Positions 43,369-54,698 of a stretch of 64,000 nt of DNA are shown piece after piece. The notes beneath the pieces are model-generated. The model saw only the letters and a program-made list of their open reading frames with translations, was not told the DNA's origin and did no database searches. This stretch comes from the human T2T-CHM13v2.0 reference genome, Homo sapiens. The position numbers and the translations under genes are program-made. The stretch is taken from assembly GCF_009914755.1 (NCBI RefSeq), contig NC_060948.1. One strand, 5' to 3'. The stretch's first letter is position 1; the number at the start of each line of letters is the position of its first letter.

Positions 43369-44235
43369 GTATAGGAAGACTGGAATAGTGATCTCTGCAT
43401 GCCACTGTTCTAACAAGTCTCGGCCCCATAAATTAATTGGAATAGAAGTAATCATAGGCTGAACTGTACTCTCTTGATGCTCAGTTCCTAAACAATGTAA
43501 AATCATGGACTTTGATACACTTCTGAGGCGGTGCCCACACCAACAAGTCCTGTAACGGACTTGTTTAGGTCAATTTTTTGGCCATTGATTTAAGGCAAGG
43601 ATAGAAACATCAGCCCCCATATCCATGATTCCTTCAAACTGCTTTCCCTGAATAGTAACTGTACACACAGGTCTATTCTCTGAGAGCTGACTAGCCCAAT
43701 AAACAGCATTTCCAGCAGGGTTGGTACTTCCAAACCCTCCTGTTTTTTCTGTTTTGCTATCCCCAATTTTGATATAAGGCAAGAACAGTAACTGAGCAAT
43801 TCTATCACCTGGATTGGCACTCCAGGGAACAGTAGAGCTAATCACTAACTGAATTTCCCCTTTATAATCAGAGTCAGTTACCCCAGTATGAATTTGGACT
43901 CCCTTCAAATTTAGACTTGATTTTCCTAAAATAAGGCCTACTCTCCCTTCTGGCAGCGGGCCATGTACCCTTGTAGGAATCTTTTGCAGGGGCTCTCCAG
44001 GGAGTAAAGAAATCGTAAATCTTTACATAATCATAAAGAACATAAATCTACTGCCGTGCTGCCTGCTGTGGCGGGGGATAACTGTTGTATTGTTGTAATT
44101 AGCTGATTTCCTGAAATGGTGGTATTTACTGTGGGGGTTGTTGTCCCTGAAAACCCTGAGGAACAAATGGCTGAATCAGGAATGCCCCACTTTGTTGCGG
44201 GGCCTGGGGCTGGCCCTGTTTGCCATTTCCTGACA
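43361..44235 (-). pseudogene. HML-2 pro (dUTPase plus protease), frameshifted
   Basis: GVTDSDYKGEIQL, GDRIAQLL, GGFGST and MDMGAD (DTG motif mutated), then WGRDLL. Confidence 0.88.
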
Positions 44236-45757
44236 ATGGTTGCCCATTTTTATCAAATTTAGAAGGACATTTTTTAGCCCAGTGTTTTTCTTTTCCACAT
44301 TTTGGACACAGGCCAGGTGGCTGTTTACTTTTGCTCTGTTTATTTAAGCCTGGGCAATTCTTTTTTAGATGACTGATTTGACCACAATTATAACATTTTC
44401 CCCCAAATGTTTTAACTTGTCCTCCTAAAGCAACCCCCTAATTGCTTGAGCCAATAGCATTGCCTTATGCATAGCTCCTCCAATCCCATCACAAGCCTTC
44501 ACATATTCTGTAATTACATCAACTCCTGCTGAAACCTTTCCTCTTAATGGCTTTATGGCTGATTGACATTCTGGATGTGCATTTTGGTAAGCCATTATTT
44601 CTACAATAACTTTTCAGGCATTATTATCTGCAATGGATTTTTGAGCTGCAGCATGCAACCTTGCCACAAAGTCTGGATATGGCTCTTTAGAGCCTTGTCT
44701 GATTGAACTAAAAGAAGGGCAGGCAGATCCTGGGTCCTGAATCTTTTCCCAGGCCCTGAGGCAAATAGCCCTTAGTTGTTCAATAGCCTCATTTTGCATT
44801 ATTGATTGTTGGTTAATAGTGCTCCAATTTGGACCTGTTCCTAGCAATTGATCTGCATCTATATGGACAACAGGATAAGTAGCCTGATTTTTCTGTACAT
44901 ATTCTTGTACTCCATCAATCTACCAGGTTTTAAACTGTAGGAATTGAGAGGGTGAAAGGGAAGATTTAGCCAAAATTTCCCAATCCTAAGGAATAAGTCT
45001 ATTTCCAAGAGCAATGGAATCTAATAATGTTCTCATACAAGGAGAGTTGGGTCCATATTGTTTAACTCCTTCCTTCATATCTTTTAACATTTTCATGGTG
45101 AAAGATTCATATCTACACTCAGTTCGGACAGACGCTCCTGCTTGACTCCCTTTCCCGGCCGGGTGGGTTGTAAAATTACTGGGAACTGCCATGCCTCAAG
45201 ATCTCCCTGTTTTCTGGCTTTATCAATGATTTCATGGAGTGCACTATCTTGTCCACTAGGTGGTACTGTAGGATCAAACACCATTGCCGTGGGATGTTGA
45301 TATAGTGCCCTGCTATTTGGGTTGGGCGCACCACCTGAGTTCTATACTGAACCTCTGGAGACGGCCGATACTGAAATTCGGCTGGCGGCTGGTGTTGATA
45401 AGCTGCCGGTGGTTGGGTTTTATTTTCCACCAGCTGATATTGTGGATACTGTGTCTGGATTGGCATTTGAGGTTGTAATGTCACAGGCATCTGAACCGCG
45501 GGAGAAGGAGTTGGTGGCCATCATCGTCTAAACTCTGATGGCCCAAATAATTCTGGACCTTTTCCCCCCAATTTTGATGGTTCAGGATATATTACTTCCT
45601 GTAACTGATTATAGTCAACATTTTGCCTTGACTGAGCCATTACAGACTCTACTACATTTTTACAATGTGAACTTCCCATTCCTTCCTTGAACTCTGCTCC
45701 TGCCTCTTCTTCACAATCTATTACACAGCTTTCAGGGACATCAGAAACTGAAACGCT
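44048..45757 (-). pseudogene. HML-2 gag, 5' truncated and frameshifted
   Basis: SVSVSD...VDYNQLQEVIYPE, EAWQFPV, QGSKEPYPDFVARL (MHR) and two CCHC knuckles at ~44270-44395. Confidence 0.9.
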
Positions 45758-45953
45758 AGCCAATCAGGGAATGACATTGCAGTAGGGGCTACCTGCGACA
45801 GGAATAGGAACCCCTTCCCCTCCTTGCTCAGGTGTGTTCTCACCATTGCTCCATCTGCGAGTCATACCCTTCTATAAAACTAAAATTGCCATGCTAAGAA
45901 AATGTATGTTCGAGGGCTATTTTTTTTGTGGCACTGAAACTTTATTTCTAACA
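45757..45953 (+). mobile_element. 3' half of an LTR10 (HERV-I/HERVIP10) LTR
   Basis: TAGCCAATCAGGGAATGACA...AACCCCTTCCCCTCC...CACCATTGCTCCATCTG...GGCACTGAAACTTTATTTCTAACA. Confidence 0.8.
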
Positions 45954-45965
45954 GTCTGGAAAGGT

Positions 45966-46143
45966 GTTCATCTCAAACAATACTGCCCCTGATGGAAGTA
46001 TAATAAAAGTACTGCAAGGTCTAACTGCTCTGTCCAATGAGTTAGCCAAAAACTCAGGGGTAAATGACCCCTTCACAGGGTGTCTAGAAAATGGGTAGGT
46101 AAATGGAAAGGAATCATATCCTCAATTCTTTCTTCTCTCGCAA
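45966..46143 (+). pseudogene. Second copy of a HERVIP10-type env TM fragment
   Basis: Aligns with 38330-38508 (GATGGAAGTATAA...CTCTGTCCAATGAGTTAGCCAAAAAC...GACCCCTTCACAGGG). Confidence 0.85.
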
Positions 46144-46149
46144 GCTTTA

Positions 46150-46288
46150 CTTTGAAGCAAAGGCAGGAAAACTCGAAGCGGGAGGGAACTCCCAGGTCAC
46201 AGATAGGTGAGACACCAGTGGTTACATTATTTTGAGTTTGCGCTTCCTAGCTTGAGTTTTTGGGAGCCCAAGATATTTTTCTTTTACG
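46150..46288 (-). mobile_element. MER4A U3 fragment (remnant 5' LTR)
   Basis: TTGAAGCAAAGGCAGGA...CCAGGTCACAG...GCCCAAGATATTTT parallels 27179-27419, and is followed by TAAA matching 26647-26650. Confidence 0.75.
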
Positions 46289-46394
46289 TAAATGTGCATT
46301 GGAATTTAAGCATATTTGGTATATAAAACAATACCAATTTAGCCAGCGTTTACATGTCTATGTAAATCGAGTTTATGGACAGACACTTTGCATA

Positions 46395-46682
46395 TTTTTC
46401 CTTTTTTTTTTTGGTGAGACAGAGTCTCACACTGTTGCCCAGGCTGGAGAGCAGTGGTGCAATTTCAGCTCACAGCAAATCAAGGGATTTTCCTGCCTCA
46501 GCCTCCTAAGTAGCTGGGATTACAGGCATGTGCCACCATGCCTGGCTAATTTTTGTATTTTTAATAGAGATGGGTTTCTCCATGTTGGCCAGGCTGGTCT
46601 TGAACTCCTGACCTCAGGTGATCCACCTGCCTCGGCCTTCCAAAGTGCTGGGATTACAAGCATGAGCCACGGTGCCTCGCCT
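46395..46682 (-). mobile_element. AluS
   Basis: Alu with TSD TGCATATTTTT. Confidence 0.9.
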
Positions 46683-47721
46683 GCATATTTTTCTTGATTT
46701 GTTCATGTAGAAAATAGTTTCTTCCTAAAGAGATTTTGTGTTAAAACAATGCCTGGTTGAAAGTGTTAGATGCCTTAGATTTAGTTTTCCTCTTTTTGCC
46801 TGAAAGGGTTGAATGCTGAGGCATCTAGTATTCTTGTGTATGGGAATATTCCCATGTAATTTTTGTTTCTAGTCCTGTTGCTTCCTGTGTTAAAAATAAG
46901 ACTAAGGTGTGTAGCTGCACCTATAGTTCAAGATGAAGGGGTCTGTGTGAGAAATACAGTGTTTGCACGTGTGTATGTAAGTGAGAGAGAGATGACATAC
47001 AGAGTGCACAACCTCTTTGTAATACCCAGTTGACTCAGTGAAATCTGACTCTCTGAGCTGGCCTCTGGGCGTAGCTTGCCTACCCCAGGTCTAGATCTTA
47101 CTGGTTGTGTAGTTTTTCAGCACTCAGATGTTGAGAGCTATGTATTTCTCAGAGCAGTCTTCTCTCTCTCTCTCTCTCTCTCTTTTTTAATGTGCATAGG
47201 TGCATATAAAAATTGTGTGCCTTGTTTAGATGAGATCGGGGTGTTCAGGATAGTATAGCTGTGGATCCTATCCCTTTTCAAGGATGATAGATTTATTGCT
47301 AGGCATGTTCTGGAAGGAGATTTTTGTTTTGTTTCTGTGGGGTTCCCTTTTTGCTCAATGAATGAATTGGTTATTTGAAGGCATTGGTTATTTATTCCAT
47401 AAGCACAGGGTGGTGGCCTCTGCGCAGGCCCATGCTTGAAGGTACTTGCACTAGGGACAGTTGCTTTCTTCCCTCCTGGAGTTGATAGAGTTGAGGGGAG
47501 GCAGATACTGGAAAGCAGCCACAAATGCACCAAAATGTGCAGTGGACTGAGAGTGGCCAGGATGTGAGGAGTTACTACAGCTGCAGCACAGACCAGCATC
47601 ACGAGAGTTTAAGTGTAGGAGAGGGACTATTGAGGGAGAAGGACAAAAGACACATTTACCCTACAGATTGAAGAAAATTACTATAGGGGTTTCTTCTCTG
47701 TTATACTCATTGTGGTGTGAC

Positions 47722-48072
47722 TTTTTTTTTTTTGAGACAGACTTTCGCTCTTGTTGCCTAGGCTGGAGTGCAATGATCTTGGCTCACTGCAACCTCTGCC
47801 TCCTGGGTTCAAGTGATTCTCTTGCCTCAGCCTTCTGAGTAGCTAGGATCAGAGGCGTGCGCCACCATATCCTGCTAATTTTTGTATTTTTACTAGAGAT
47901 GGGGTTTCACCATGTTGGCCAGGCTGGTCTTGAACTCCTGAGCTCAAGTTATCCGCCCACCTTGGCCTCCCAAAGTGTTGGGATAACAGCTGTGAACCAT
48001 GATGCCTAGCCTATGGTGTGACTTTTTTTTTCTTTTGAGACAGAGTTTCATTTTTGTTGCCCAGGCTGGAGT
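47722..48072 (-). mobile_element. AluS (47722-48010) plus a ~50-bp Alu 3' stub (48023-48072)
   Basis: Duplicated TGGTGTGAC flank. The stub ends abruptly at CCAGGCTGGAGT. Confidence 0.85.
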
Positions 48073-48199
48073 TCAGGGTTTAGGGGGCAAGCCCATGAGC
48101 CTCACTCCTTCTGCTCTCTCTCCAGCAATTGGAAAGGGAATCTTTTTGCTCAGCATTCCCATGCCTCCCACAAGCCTGGCATGGAACCTGTGCACTTGC

Positions 48200-48560
48200 C
48201 TTAGTGTCCTCGGCTGCTGTAACAGAGCACCACGGGCCTGGTGGCTTAAATTGCAGCTGGTCATTCTCCCATAGTCATAGAGGCTTGAAGTCCCAGGTCA
48301 CGGGGCCGGCAGGGATGGTTCCTCCCGAGGCCTCTCTTCTGGGCTTGTAGACACTGTTTTCTCTCTGGGTCCTAACAAGGTCATTCTTCTGTCTGTGCCC
48401 TCATCTCCTGTTCTTATGAGGGCACCAGTCCCTTTGGATAAGGGACCAACCTAATGACCCTGGTTTACTTTAATCACCTCTTTCAAGGCCCTAACTCCAA
48501 ATAAACAGTCATGTTCTGGGGTCCTCAGGGTTAGGACTTCACCATATGAGTTGGGAGTGG
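48200..48560 (+). mobile_element. MLT1 (MaLR) LTR, followed by an old L1M 3' fragment (~48570-48810)
   Basis: GGCTGCTGTAACAGAGCACCAC...GGTGGCTTAAA...CTTTAATCACCTCTTTCAAGGCCC...GGTTAGGACTTCACCATATGA. Confidence 0.75.
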
Positions 48561-50609
48561 GCAGGTAACATGCTGACTGTCCAGAACAAGCAAACCTGTA
48601 GAGGCAGAAAGTGGATTCCTGCTTGCTAGGGCTGGGGACAGAGAGCTTGGGGTGACTGCTAGCCAGCACAGGGTTTCTTTTGGAAGTGATGAAGGTGTTC
48701 TGGAATTAGAGGTTGCACAACTCTGTGAATATTTTAAAAACCACTGGATTGTACATTCAAAAGGTTGAATTTCATGGTGTGTGAATTATATGTTAGTAAA
48801 GCTGTTAGAAACAAAAACTGAGGATAATAGGTAAAAAGAGGAAGGGAGTCGAAAGCAGCATCAGGTGTGAATGGTTCATAATTCAGCTTATAAAAAAGCA
48901 TGAACTTTCAGCACAACTGTGTGCAACTAACTGTGTGTTGAAGACGTGAGTGAATGCTGGCTTTCTGCACCCTTTGGCCTGGTTTTCTCTATTTTCTAAT
49001 TTCATTATCATACCTTCTATTTCTTTCTCCCCCTCCTCACTTTTTCAGAACATTTATTCTCGTTCTTACCTGTGTCTACACAAAATTCCATAAACATAAT
49101 GCTGCAGTTCAAGGAAGTGTTCTGATGTTAGGGTGGTAACTTAGGAAAATATTCATCTTTGGGGAAGTTTTGGTTTCCCTCTGAATGAAAACCATCTGTG
49201 AAAGAGATACTTAAATACAGTTTTCAAATGCTCCTGAGACATGCCCAGATGTTCTTTGGGGAGAAGTGAAGGCAGGACAGTTTCTAAGGCAAACACAGAC
49301 CATATTGCAGACAGAACCCAAGTAAAGAAAGGCATAGTGATGGTAGGTATTTATGCATCAGCATAAATGTGGAGGTGAGGGATGCTAGCTTAGCAGGCCA
49401 GCATGATTGAGTTATGAGAGCTGAAGACCAGGATACTGCCTCTTCTGGGTGTCCTGCTCCAAGCTGCTTCGAAAAAGGAAGCAACTGTGGACTTCTCTGG
49501 GCTGTGGTTAAATTGGGTTCACTTTTGTACCGTGAAGACTCTACAGAGCCAGGGATGCTGGCACCCTGGAGAGACCTTGCTCCAGGAGCTCAGGAGTGGG
49601 TAGAGGCAGTGACAGTAAAGCACTGGCTTGTTGGGCCCAGTGCCTGGGCAGTGCTGAGCTCTGAGGGAGGAACCCAGAACCATGTCGGAGCAAGGGCAGG
49701 AGGCAGGTGAGGAGAAGGGTTGCCCAGCAGCCTGTGGACTGGGTCAGTGTTCTATGATATTGTCTTTCTGCTTTGCTGTCTGATCCCACTAAAGACTAGC
49801 CAGAGAGATGTGGAAATGAAAAATGGTGGGTGACCATTTCTCTCACTTTCACTGGGTCTACAATGTCTATTTCACATCAACAGCAAGATCTGTACAGGCA
49901 TCCTAATAAGTATAAATAAGGTCCTCAGAAAAACTGGGTTGTGAGGCTCCTGTCATCTTAGTTTCTTTCATCATTTAAGTGACTATTTTTTACTTACTGA
50001 CATACAGTTGTTACTTAGTGGCCACCTACTATTTTTATAGAGTTCTTTATGTGCTTTCTGTTTACCAACATTTGTTTTCGTGCTCATCCTATTTCAGTGT
50101 GGCTTACATATAATAAGATGCACCCATTCTTGACTACTGTGGATTTTAAAAAAAAAAGGGTTATAGAAATGTGATTCACATAACAAACACCTATTTTAGG
50201 TGTATAATTCAACAGTTCTTAATACCCTAATTAAAAAAAATACAGTGTTCAGTATTTCCCTTTTCTCCTTTTTCACTAAAATGGACTCAGGATTGTGGGT
50301 AACTGCCATTAGTCCCATTGGTTTAATTCCTGGCCGTCAGTGTTTGCTGGGGATGTTGGTACCTCCCTTAATACGATATTCTTATAGCATTTAAAAAATT
50401 CTAGTAAAAAACATATCCAAAATGGATCTCCCCTCTTCACCCCTCCCTGTTTCCCCTGCCTCCAGCTCCCAGCAACCACTATTCCAGTCTCTGCTTTTTT
50501 GATTTTCACAACTTTAGGGAGCTTGTATAGGTGGAATCACTTTAAAAGCTGATACATGTGAAAGCGCTTAGAACATGGCTTGGTGAGCATCTGGTCAACA
50601 TTAAGTACA

Positions 50610-50918
50610 CTTATTTATTTATTTACTTTATTTATTTAAATGAAGTCTTGCTCTTTCACCCAGGCTGCAGTGCAGTGGTGTCATGTCAGCTCACTGCAAC
50701 CTCTACCTCCTATGTTCAAGCAATTCTCCTGCCTCAGCCTCCTGAGTAGCTGGTACTACAGGTGCCTGCCACCAGGCCTGGCTAATTTTTGTGTTTTTAG
50801 TAGAGACGGGGTTCCACTATGTTGGCCAGGCTGGTATCAAATGTGTGACCTCAGGTGATGTACCTGTCTTGGCGTCCCAAAGTGCTGGGATTACAGGAGT
50901 GAGCTACTGTGCCTGGCC
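50610..50918 (-). mobile_element. AluS
   Basis: Alu with a (TTTA)n tail; flanks TAAGTAC. Confidence 0.88.
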
Positions 50919-51889
50919 TAAGTACTTTTATTATTATTTTTAAGAAGCAAGGGACATGGACTTCTGTCTTTTCACTGTGTAGAAGACTTCTATCTTTTCA
51001 CTGCACTGCAGACGCAGGCTTCCAAAAAACATCCCACTTGAATTCTTACCCAACTTTTCCCCTAAAAAGGAGCTAGGAAACCCTCATTGTCAAGAATGCT
51101 TTGCCTGGTATGCATGTGTGAGTGATGTTATGTTTGTCATTATTTGACAGACAGGGAGGAATCTTCCAGTCCCCTATAAGGCAATGAAGTTATGCACAGA
51201 TGTGGTTCAGTTTATAGAGGGAAGGGATTGGATGTGTAACGTGTGTGTGGCTTGCAGCCAGGCTTTCAAGTGTGCAGAGGAATAAACGTTTTTGCCTCCA
51301 GAATTTTAACTTAACTGGAAAGAAGTCTGAATTCCACCTCTTGGGCACACTAGCCTGAGGTCTCCTCTGCAAACCTCATCATTAAAGTCTTCAGGTGTGT
51401 GTGTAATAGTCTTCAGGTCCATATGTCTCACAGCCCCCTTTATGTGACAGTCAGCACAAACTCATAAAGACGTGATGATGAATTCTATCAGAGAAATCTT
51501 TCTGGTTTTGTGAAAATAATGATGCACTCTTTCATATCCAAATGATGGAAGCTGGCTCACATTTCTTGTCAAAATTAATATTAAAAGACAGTGTCCTTTA
51601 TATTTTACTTGTCTAGGTATAAACATCATTGTTGAGTATGTAGGACTACCTTTCTTCTTGATTCTGAAAAGAATGTATAGAGTGAGTATTTTAAATGGAA
51701 TTAGTGGGCATACAAGGATCAGTGACACTTAAGAAACCAGCCATAGATAGTGTTGGTATGAGGATTGGTAAAACTAGGGGTGGGGAATGAGGATTTTTGG
51801 TCCTATATCATATTCTCAAGGCATTTTCTAATAATTCACCCTTTTCACATAAGAATGGTTTGAAATTGATCAGCCTGAAGCCATTAGTA

Positions 51890-52233
51890 TGAGAGGGGGA
51901 GGGAGGGAGGGGAACAGAGAGAGAGAGAGAGAGAGACAGAGCGGGGGAGAGAGAGAGGAGAGACTTGCTCTGTCACTCAGCCTGCAGTGTAATGGCACAA
52001 TCTCAGTCCGCTGCAACTTCTGCGTCCCATGTTCAAGCGATCCTGCTGCCTCAGCCTCCCAAGTAGCTGGGATTACAAGTGTGTGCCACCACACCGGGCT
52101 AATTTTTGTATTTTTAGTAGAGATGCGGTTTCGCCATGTTGGCCAGGTTCATCTGGCACTCCTGACCTCAGGTGACCCATCTGCCTTGGCTTCCAAAAGC
52201 ACTGGAATTACAGGTGTGAGCCACTGAGCCCCG
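51890..52233 (-). mobile_element. AluS with a (GA)n-converted tail
   Basis: GAGAGAGA tract abutting GACTTGCTCTGTCACTCAGCCTGCAG. Confidence 0.85.
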
Positions 52234-54580
52234 CAAAAGCCGTATATTCTTAGATGGTGCTCTCTTAGATTGCAGATGACAGTGGTTTTGCAATAGCATT
52301 TTCAAGTTAGGAAGGAGAAAGATAGTTTTGGGTTTCTTGCAGTGTGGGGACCAGTTTTGTCATTGCCGTGGATGGTTGTGGCTCTGGTGGTACAGTGAAC
52401 TTTTTGGGTTAAAATTTATTACTGGTAGTATGAATTTTGGCTGGTTAAATTTTGGAAACTTGCCTGTAATTTTATTTGATAGATGATCAAAATTGATAAG
52501 TGACTTGGTAAGTGATAAAAATTCTGAATGGACTGGCTTCTGGCTTTGATCCTGCTTTGATCCTTTCCAGCTGTGCTTCTCCTACCCTCAGGCAATCCCT
52601 ATCATGCTGTACTTGTCTGGCACCACTCACCCTGTCCTGACACTGGATGATTTATTTCTGAATGAATTGCTCCTGGAAGCTATTCTGACACCGTTACAGC
52701 TGGCAGCAACATAACTGTCTTGGGATGCTCCTGGAGCATATAGATAGATGTAAACATAGCATTTTAGTAGCTCTACTTCCACAGTATTTTCTTTCAGAAT
52801 GGGGTGTTAGAGTTGAAGGAGGCAGGGCCATGATGAAGACTGTGGGCAGTGTGTCTTTCTTTGGACATTTTCATCATGATCTGAGCTTGTGAAAACTCTG
52901 CCATGGCCCTTCCTCCCACTTTGGAAGAACTGGAGCAAGAGTGGATAGCAGCTGGATTCACAGCATGGTGTGAATCACATGACAGCTCAGTCTTCGATCC
53001 CTGGGTGCTGCAGAGAGGGAAGAATCAGCCTCGCAGGGGGAGTGACTGCCAGCCCTTGTGGTCTGTCTCCTGCCACGTGTCACCATACTGAACATTTGTG
53101 TGTGCTCTGTGTGTTTTCAAAACACCTTCATCTTGCCTGCCCTGGACTCTTCCCTGTGAGGGAGGCAGGATGGGCATTACCATCTCTGTGGACCAACAAG
53201 GAGAGTGCAGCTTGCAATGCATGAGGTGGCTTCCCCATTGCTGTGGAGGCATAGAAAATGGGGGCCTTGGACACAAATCCCTGTGTTGGGATTCTGGCCA
53301 CCCATGCCTGCTGGTCACCCTCAGTTCCTCCCTGGATTTGATTCTGTGGCTCTTCTGGATGTGCATGTGAGTGTGTTATGGGTAAGTCTGTTGTTGTTGA
53401 GGGGAAGGAAGGGGAAATTAGCCAGCCAGGAATCTCTGTGCGGTGGCTGTCATGAGCTTAGCTATATCCAAGCCCTGTGTGATTGTTACTTTTCAAGGCA
53501 GCAGGGTGACTTTGAAATCAGAGGGGTATTTTCCTTATTCACAGAGACTCGGCTCTTCCCTCTGCCCCTCCTCATCATCTTCCCCCATTCCGTCCCCTCA
53601 TTCCTCTTGCTGGCTCACATACTGAGTAGGGCATCTCAGCCCTCACACAGGAGGCCATGAGAAAGAGGAGGCAGAGCTGTCAGAGTGTGACCCCTCATTT
53701 TGTGGTTGTGCAAGTGACTGCTCCTGCCCCTGAGTGGCTCTCATTCAATGGGTCAGGGGTGTAAGGGACATTGTCCAAGCTGTGTATGGGACTCTCTGTT
53801 GATGCTTGTTTTTAAATAAACTATTTGATTGAGCTTGTCTAAAATCTTCTTTGTGCCAAGTGTCAGGACAGGTGATAGAAAATTCTGACCAAACCCAAAA
53901 GTTCCAGTATCAAAATTGACAGTGATATATCCTCGCTTCTTAACACAGCCAAGAAACAGGGGTAAAGGATTATCATCCACATATGGAGAGTCCACCAGCC
54001 TTTGTGACAGTAGCTGAACACAGAACATTCTCTGCAGATGTTGCTGAGGCTTAAACTCGTTATGTTTATAAGGATAATCTGCTGTTCTTAAGAAGGTAAA
54101 AACAATTGCAAGTTTACCTGCCCTCTCCTCCTCTGCCCCCACTTAACATTCTGGTAGGGCCTAGCAGGGGGAGTTTTACAAGGAATTGGGGCAAATTACT
54201 CCAACAGATACTTCCACCTAACATCCTAAGAAGCGTGTGTAAATGCTGTTGTGAATTTTTTAACAGTATTCCAAACTCCTATTAATTATTAGGTGTTTGC
54301 TCAAGTCAAGAGCAGCAGAAATACAGGCCTTGCTATCACAGGATCTGTAGAGACCCAGGATGCTGCTAAACATCCTACAGTGTGCATCACAGCCCCCTGC
54401 CAACCAAGACATTGCTGTTTATTCTACACTTCCAAGGCCCTGACTTGAAGACTAAATTTGATTTCAGCCCAGGCTGAAGTTTGAAGCATCATTAGTGGGA
54501 AGTGAGATAGCACAACAGTGGAGGACAAAGCATGTTACTGTCAGTGCCGCAAGGGAAGTTTGAGCCAAATTGTTAAGGGA

Positions 54581-54698
54581 TTGAGATGGGATTTCTTTAT
54601 GTTGGTCAGGCTGGTCTTGAACTCTTGACCTCAGGTGATCTGCCTGCCTCAGCCTCCTAAAGTGCTGGGATTGCAGGTGTGAGCCATTGTGCCCGGCC
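54581..54698 (-). mobile_element. Alu left-monomer fragment
   Basis: GAGATGGGATTTC...GGCTGGTCTTGAACTC...GTGCCCGGCC. Confidence 0.8.

Larger units (their letters stand above)
38727..45757 (-). mobile_element. HERV-K(HML-2) type-2 provirus, LTR5A class, lacking the 5' LTR/PBS/MA N-terminus and the RT domain
   Basis: Colinear gag-pro-pol-env-LTR homology in the ORF track. The 292-nt pol/env segment is present, so it is type 2. Confidence 0.93.

Noticed and set aside
38727-45757. Replication-competent or Np9/Rec-coding HERV-K
   Set aside because: No 5' LTR, RT deleted and multiple frameshifts. It is type 2 (no np9), and the rec/env frame has a stop at codon 13.
52903-54142. Cluster of 60-151-aa ORFs in unique sequence
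   Set aside because: No recognisable homology, overlapping on both strands, and no convincing splice-site pairs.
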